Origin: Lepidodermella squamata
Taxonomy: Eukaryota; Animalia; Gastrotricha
Assembly: GCA_047495785.1 (NCBI GenBank)
Contig: JBLDXI010000009.1
Span: 930,001-994,000 of the forward strand
Direction: 5' to 3'
Length of the DNA stretch: 64,000 nucleotides
Shown here piece by piece: positions 56,801 to 64,000 of the stretch. Below the pieces are notes generated by a model. The model made no database searches, was not told the origin of the DNA, and saw only the letters and a list, made by a program, of their open reading frames with translations. Each line of letters opens with the position of its first letter. Position 1 is the first letter of the stretch. The translations under genes were made by a program, and so were the position numbers.

Positions 56801-56942
56801 GTCACTTTACTTTTTTTAGACCAAGTTATTTTTTCAGATCTGCCTGATAAGTTACCAAACTAATGCGTCAAACTCCATAACACCACCATGGATTCTTGAA
56901 TGTTACATGTTTCCGAAAATGCTGATGGGAGAGGTTGCGTAG
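53803..56942 (+). CDS. ZNF106-like WD40 protein (RG-rich N-terminus, coiled coil, WD40; no zinc fingers seen)
   Basis: VFVGSSDGDYRCYN, VYIGIG|NGLISII, LQESARDTIV...SLAVRDAS|DGLHLRNIE resemble the ZNF106 WD40 region ([33 protein letters not shown]). Confidence 0.65.
55838..55991 (+). ncRNA. Candidate intronic box H/ACA snoRNA
   Basis: Inside a 640-nt intron: hairpin TGGTCTAG(55841)/CTAGATCA(55889), H box ACAGAA(55892-97), hairpin TGCTGAAG(55905)/TTTCAGTG(55984) with inner stem ATAATA/TATTAT, then ACA at 55986. Confidence 0.45.
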
Positions 56943-57161
56943 TTGAAAGGGCATTCATTCCACGGTATAAATACTTATATTACTACTTTTTATGGCTCGG
57001 GAAAGAATTTTGTTGCCTGTTTTTCTTCTCTAATCAAACAGCTCAAGCTATACAGCCTCACGTGCTCGAGTTTAACACATTAAAGCAGAGAAAGATTTTT
57101 AGTCAATCCTCCTGATGATTTTCCTTTCAGTTTAGCAATAGAATTTTATTAAATATTTAAA

Positions 57162-58238
57162 ATGTCGAGGTCTCATACTCTTGGAACCAAAGTTACTGTC
57201 CTTGGCGGTGCTGGAGGCATTGGCCAGTCTTTCTGTCTGTTACTGAAACAGTCGCCGTTGGTTACTAGCCTGGCAGTTTTCGATGTAGTTGGTGCTGTTG
57301 GCGTTGCCACCGATCTCAGCCATATCAACACGCGATGCAGCGTTCGTGGCTACGGCCCAGAGCAACTGAACGAGTCACTTGAAGGTGCTGACGTTGTTGT
57401 CATCACTGCCGGTCGGGCTCAGAAACCAGGCATGACCCGCGAAGACTTGTTTAACGTCAACGCCCCAATCATCCGCGACCTAATCACTGCTATCGCAAAA
57501 ACCTGCCCAAAAGCGATGATCTGCATTATTTCAAATCCGGTCAATATGTTTGTGCCCATCGCCTCTGAAGTAATGAGTCGCCATGGAGTTCTCGACTCCC
57601 GTCGCATTTTCGGTGTCACGTCACTTGATGTCATGCGTGCCAGTTTGTTCGCAGCCGAGATGAAACGGATTGAAACCGGTCACATGTTCGTGCCTGTCAT
57701 CGGTGGCCACTCGGTTAATTCAACCGTGCCAATTTTCTCGCAGAGCCGTCCTGCGGTCGAAATCACTCCCGAAGAACAAGCCTCCTTGACTGAACACACA
57801 AAGAATGCCGTCTACGAAGTCATCAACGCCAAGGCAGGGGCTGGTTCTGCGACGCTTTCCATGGTAAATTTCCGTGTGGAGCATTTGATTTTCATTAATT
57901 TTGTTTCAAATTTTTAAGGCCCATGCTGCCTACCACTTCACCATTGCCCTCCTCGAGGCCATGCATGGCGTGCCCGGCGTCGTTGAATGCGCGTATGTGC
58001 GATCGGATGTCACCGAGGCTAAATACTTCTCAACCCCGCTCCTTCTTGGGGTAAGTTCAGATTCTTCTCTCAGATTACGTGACATTTCTTATTTTTAATT
58101 GTAAAGCCGGCTGGTGTTGAGCGTAATCTCGGTATTGGACCTCTCAACGACTTCGAAAAGAAACTACTTGCAGAGTCGGTCGAAGAGCTGAAAGCCAACA
58201 TCAAGTACGGCGAAGACTGGTTTTTCAGCAAAGCCTGA
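57162..58238 (+). CDS. MDH2-derived dehydrogenase without presequence, with LDH-type substrate residue (candidate LDH / 2-hydroxyacid dehydrogenase)
   Basis: [57 protein letters not shown]; introns 57864-57918 and 58051-58106; ends WFFSKA*. Confidence 0.9.
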
Positions 58239-59535
58239 GCTAACTTGTGTTTGCAAACTGTAACATTGAAAATTCTTGATTGCTCGTCCTATGTTTTAGT
58301 TGATGTGTAAATAGAATATTGCCATTGAGATCACTACCGGTAGAGCTATTTTAATAATTTATTACCTTACATACCGTGAGGTGTCTTTGCACTTGTGATT
58401 ATAGCTATCTTGCATACTTTACCCCTGTGACTCCTAGCATTGCCGTTTCTAGTTTTCCTTGGAAATTTTGGTCAGCATTTGGTACAAAGTACGGCTTAAT
58501 TTCTCGGCGTTAAACTGTTTCCACTTTAAGAAGACAAAACTTTCTACGTTTTAATTACTCCTAGTTGTAATATCATATCGCTCACCATTCGTGAATAAAA
58601 CGCTAAGGGTGTTCGTATTGAAATGCTACTTTTGAACTAGCAGCTCACCTCGACGGCGAACAGTTCATCATACTGGAAGCAAACAGCCAGCCTGATATAC
58701 ACCAGCTACTCAGCAACCAGAGGTTAATGGGTACCGAAAAGAAATAAACGCCTATTTCATCTTTTGCGAAACATTTATTTTCCTCGCAAAATTTCGTCAA
58801 ATAGATTAATCGGCTGAGACACGACGCACGAAAAGACTTCCTGTTGCACCAAACATTTGCGGAGAATATAATTTCACAAACGCACTCGGAAAGGCATAGC
58901 TATTTGTGAACATTTTCAGCCTCAGATGTGGAACTTCTTCATGCGCCGGCTCTCATTTTAATAAACAACTCGTCGAGAGAAGAAAAGTTACCGAGAAGCT
59001 AAATACCTTTTGTCATCTGTGTGCAAGCCAGTAAAAAGAGTAGCAAAAAGCTAGAGGTGACGATCGTAGGACATTCAATAAATAAAAACAGTTGATTCCC
59101 GAGTTCATTCAAGAAGGTGATAAGAACGTCACGTTCCAATCCAGAAATCACAACAAAAATAGAAGCAAATAGGATATTAATGTAAGGAAATCTGAGTAAA
59201 ATAACATAAAATCAACACGCGAAAGATAAAATGATAATGCCGTAATCAGCCATGTATCGCTCGACGCCAAACATGCCCTAGCTCTTGGTCTCGAAGATAT
59301 CAGTCGCAGTCGCCGTAGAGATGAGAGGAATGAAAAAAGTCACACAGGGCTTGATTTCAACGCGAGCCAACAGCTTCTAAAAGCTCATTCAGAAAAAGAG
59401 ACAGAGACGACAAATCGCAGCAACATCCAAGGCTCGAGTTACTATCGCTAGTAGAAAGACGCGTGAATTTCAGCAGCAGTAACTCAATAATAAAATTAGC
59501 AAGCTGAGTTTATTTTGAGACGATCACTCCATTGA

Positions 59536-62486
59536 CTACGAGCGTTTGACATAAGCCGACGGGAAAATGCCAACCTGAAATTGCAAAGTGGTACTTGAGA
59601 TTAGAAAGCTACATAACAATAAAATCATTTACATTTCCATTCCGGTTGCGACCTCGCCACCATTCTCCAGCCGGCCTGCCAGGAACACTTGTTGAAATCA
59701 CTTCAATCGCCTCGTTACAAACCAGTTTAAGTTCGACTGAACTGGCCGGCTGGTAGTCGAATAAAGCTCTCGCTTGGAATAGTGAAGTTCGCCAATCAGG
59801 GCCTTGGTAAGCATAGAGCAAAGGAGTCGGTAGCTCATTGAAAACAGGCTGAAGCGATTTTTGCTGATAGTAAGTCACAAGATCGACGATAGTGGTGAAA
59901 AACGGCGGGTCTTGACTAAGCGAAAATCGACTGTCAATTCTGACGATTCGAATGTGGCGAATATGTTCTATTGAGTCATGCGGATGTTCAGGATTCGACT
60001 CTCGAGCGTCGAATTTCAGCGAGATGGCATATTCGCCTGGTCGCAACGAAGTCGCGGCACTTTTCCTTACAAGAAATGTACCTGATCTCAGAGCCTTCAG
60101 ATGTTGGCCAGCCACTTCTTTTGTCATTTCGCCTACATACCACGGGTAGTTACTCATATCTTGTGGACCCGTTTGCACCAAAGGTTGAGAGGTGAGCGGT
60201 CGCCTTTCTGCGACGAATGAAATCGGGAAGAATCCTTTGCCATCTCGGCTTTCACCATAACCCCAATCACCCCACCGAACCCAAAGACAAATTATATCCT
60301 TAGCCGAAAATCGAAGAGTTGGCAGTTTACGCGGATGTTCAGGGCTGAATCCGTCATAAGCCCGTATCGCCGTAACAGGTTCTGGTCGGCGGTCGGGTTG
60401 AGCTCCCACCCCAGACATGCAGTTGCCATGACAAGCAATACGGCAGTATTCGATGGCACACTCATAGCCCTGGAACAGCCCACCGGCCATGAATTTACCA
60501 CAAACGCAACATTCGTAGGGCTCGTCAAATGTTTTATAAACAAAATGATGGTCACCCTTCATAAAACCTCGCGGACGAACGTTTGATTTTGCAGTCATTA
60601 TCGCGTTGATCCAATTACGCTTTTCAACTTCGGAGCGCACTGCCATTGTATAAACGTTTTCAACGGGATCCTCTGGATTTTCCCCAGATCGCCTCCTGAT
60701 TTCAAACGCGTGTTTAAATTTATCTTTGCCTTTAAACGCGGAGGTTGGGTCCAATTCAGCAGCTTCAAGATTGGTTACGTGGCAACAATCGCGCAATTTG
60801 TATTGCTGAGGTTGCCGCGGTTGCATTTTGCAAATAATTAACATGAAGTCGAAGAGAAACACGAAGCGGACATTGGCCCTGGTATCAGCGTGCGATCTTA
60901 CAAGCATTTCACCGTCTATATGCATGCGACCGTAATCGGCCAATTTCGTATCCACTGGTAGGGTCATATCGGCTATTTCACTCTGAATAATTTGAATTCG
61001 ATCCAACATCTCACCGTCCCTCTGCGCTTCGTTTATACACCGCTGAATGTCGCTTATCTGCAAATGAACCGAGACGCAATTAAGACAAAGAAAGAAGGAA
61101 ATTTAATACTGTCACTCACCACAGCCAGGCAATCGTGCATGTTCTTTTTTTCTTCTTCATCCGGGGTATTTTTCGCAATCGCGTCGAGCAATAAGTGATA
61201 TTTGAGCACCCGTTGGATAGGAACGAAGAGGTATTCCCGCAGCGAAAACGATCGCATTTTCTGAACCTGGCTGCAAAGATCTAAAAACTGCTGCCGCACT
61301 TGCTCGTTGCCCTTCATAATTTTGTCATAGGCCATTTCTGCGATTGGCTTGTTAACGACATATTTGGTGTAAACAAGAAACTCTCGCTTCCGCCGCACCC
61401 ACATTCCAAGTAGGTTCAACTTATTTTTAGAGTTAGGTTGAAGGGCAGACTCGACTTGAACATAGAGCTCCTCAAGAAACGCTTTATGCAACAAATACAA
61501 CTGATCCAGATATTGAAACAGCTGTAACCACGGTTCGCCCGACATGAAGACTCGAGACTTCTGCATGATTTCCGTTACGACCATTTTCAAAGCTGAAATT
61601 GAAATAAATTGAAAGTTTGAATGTAAGCTAAGCGCGACAGTAAAAAATTACTTTCAACGTAAGTCTCTTCTGTGCTTATGAGCTCTTTCACGGCATATTC
61701 CCGCTTTGTCTTAGCTTGCGGTTTTAGCGTAGCTTGAGCGACAAGCCTGTCGTAAACATCTTCTTCGTCGCACTGGAAGCCCAGGTTCTGATAAACATCG
61801 TCATCCTCCGCTGCAGCGCCATCAGTAGCGTCTGCGGCGTTGTTGGAAGCATTGGACAAAAGTTGAGAGGTAGATCCGCCTTGAGCTACAGATAGCAGCC
61901 TTCTAGGCGGGGGAGCGAGCGACGCCGCTGCATCGGCTGCCATCAAAGGCATTTCATCCAACCTTCCGTATATTTGATCGTCATCATTCAGAAGACGATC
62001 AGCCGGAGGCCATGCTTTTGCACCCAGGAGAATGGACTGCTGCAGTCGGGAAAGAAGTGAAAGAGTCACCAAGACTTTATAGAAGTTTTCGAGGTTAGCC
62101 AGATCGCGTTCGGAAAACACGTCTTTGACGTTTAGTCCGAGCTTTTCAATCATGGCTTGCCGCACCAGCGTTATATTACTCAGGGCGAAATGCATCGACT
62201 TGGAAAGAGTAGTAACTTTTTGTCGAGGAATCACTCCGGGAACGATCCGATTCAAAACAGCGCATAAGATCACTCCATCTCTTAGCATGTTAGCGAATTC
62301 TACCAAACTTTGGGATCGGAACAATCTTGGAAAATTTAAATAAATTAGGTCAAATAAATATTTATGAGGGGTGGCTTACTGATGATCAGAAGGCAATATT
62401 TTCAGCTCTGAGATCCACTGAAGACACATTTTCCAGTCATCATTGGTGACATTCGACGAAATCCGTATCAACGCCGATCCCGCCAT
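59536..62486 (-). CDS. VAV: Vav guanine nucleotide exchange factor (CH-Ac-DH-PH-C1-SH3-SH2-SH3)
   Basis: FANMLRDGVILC (CH), acidic Tyr sites IYGRL/VYQNL/VYDRL, ELISTEETY...VPIQRVLKYHLLL (DH), PH, C1 HHF...CCVC...CHGNC, SH2 WYVG...GTFLVR, C-terminal SH3 ALFDY...WWRG...GIFPSAYV. Confidence 0.95.
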
Positions 62487-64000
62487 CCGTGTCACGTCTT
62501 GAATAATTCTCGTCTACAATTCAAAAGACAAAATTCACGAATTTAGCCTCGCTTTAGTACGGCACAATAACAGTGTGCTTGACGGCAAAAAAGTCTGTAA
62601 AATTATCAACTAACTGTCCGATAGTGAATAAATGAACATTAAAACCAAGCAAAACAAAATTTCAATTTGTTAAGAAACAAATCATTGTAAGAATCAAGAA
62701 GCAGGGTAGTCGGAAACTATTCGAATAACAAGTAAAAAACGGAAATATCATAGTAACGCAGCCGCTGTACATGTATAAATACGGTAATAGAACAATGTTT
62801 AAGCAGGATCTTGATTTACAAATGCTCAATTTATAGTAATCAGCTTCAAATGAGCCAAGATGTGTTGAAAATAATCAACGTAATATTACAAAAAAGACGA
62901 TCATATTGAAGAAGACAATTTCTCAACAATTCTCGGATAGCCCACAACTACAGCAAACGACTTGATTTTTGATAGGCTCTTATTTTTTCGTTTAGGAGTT
63001 CATGACCATGAATGGTTGGTTTTTTAGGGCGGTCGTGACATCACATAAATTCGCTGATAATGTTGACAGATTGCCCTCGTTGCCGAGTAGCAGCCCGTCA
63101 AATCATTGAAAAGCACCGAAAAGTGCACAGAATCTTAGCATTTTCACCTAAATTAGCCTTCGCTTTCTTGAATTTCTCGCAAATCAATATCATGAAATTT
63201 AACATTTTCGTGCTAATGATTTTCCACAGCTAAACAGAATGAGCCACTGGGGAAAATGTTGACGATTTTTAGTTTTTAGTTCTGGTGTTTCAAGAAATCC
63301 ATCCAATACTTGGGGCACGCCAAAAATAAATTCCCATCTAAGATCAAGTCGTTTACAGTAATATCAGTTCATCAAAAAATCACATTGTGACCATTGAACT
63401 CTATTGCACTTGAATGCTGCTCTGCTCTGCTTAGCCTATTCCGTGATTCAAGTCAAACAAGAAAGTATGGGATTTCTAAAATGCTGTGAATCACTACGAT
63501 AGATGAATTTTTGCATTCAAATATTCGATGGCAAAGAAATTCTTCCACTGATTGGTCCCAACTGGCAAAATCTGATTCCTTCCAGTTTCCAGTCGTTCGG
63601 AAAGATGAGAGAAATGACATGATTTCGTCAATAATTTAAATAAGCTCTCGGATTAAGTGACATCCTTAGCTTACGTCAGATCTGATTCAATACATTCAAT
63701 TCAAGTAAGCACCGAGTTCCGACACAAAAGACATCATCGAGTTATCATGCCATTAGCTTTCAATGCTTGACGCTGTTTTAGGTCATATGCGACCATAGAA
63801 TTTCAAGAGGCCTGGGACAGAAACTCTCACCCGTTATTCTACGATGTATACGGCATAACAAGTATGTCAGCAGGAAATCAAACGTTAGCATATTTGATTC
63901 TCAATTTATGATAAAAAAAACGCCCACGCGAAATACAACAAAATGATGCAAACTAAGAGATGGATGTGAAGGCAGGAGAGGAAACAAGAGAGAAAACAGT

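Overview
Gene-dense eukaryotic DNA from an animal with a compact genome; the lineage cannot be fixed from sequence alone. Introns are mostly 45-65 nt and GT-AG. About 27 protein-coding genes can be assembled by hand: RXR/USP, USP2, ANKFY1, MEPCE/Bin3, GABPB-like, KDM2 (JmjC-only), NCKIPSD, SGTA, GLOD4, SmD3, INTS2, C1QBP, RPB11, EFL1, MRPL16, VPS26C, PSTK, RPAIN, DHX37, a two-module Zn-finger factor, RFC5, HAUS4, MDH2, TMEM199, ZNF106-like WD40, an MDH2 paralog and VAV. There is also a small MITE. Twenty-three housekeeping genes sit in six co-oriented clusters with stop-to-ATG gaps of 46-234 nt (one 560 nt). Many gaps carry a poly(A) signal followed by an unpaired 3' splice acceptor, the architecture of operons resolved by SL trans-splicing. 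The most striking single observation is a duplicated mitochondrial-type MDH that has lost its presequence and carries the MDH-to-LDH Arg-to-Gln specificity switch plus an LDH-like 'YEVI' helix, a candidate independently evolved lactate or 2-hydroxyacid dehydrogenase. Other points are an unusually long intron with an H/ACA-like RNA, a candidate poison micro-exon, a KDM2 without CXXC/F-box, an RXR with a large LBD insertion, and a TF built from transposase-type DNA-binding modules. All gene identities come from recalled motif similarity; no database searches were run.
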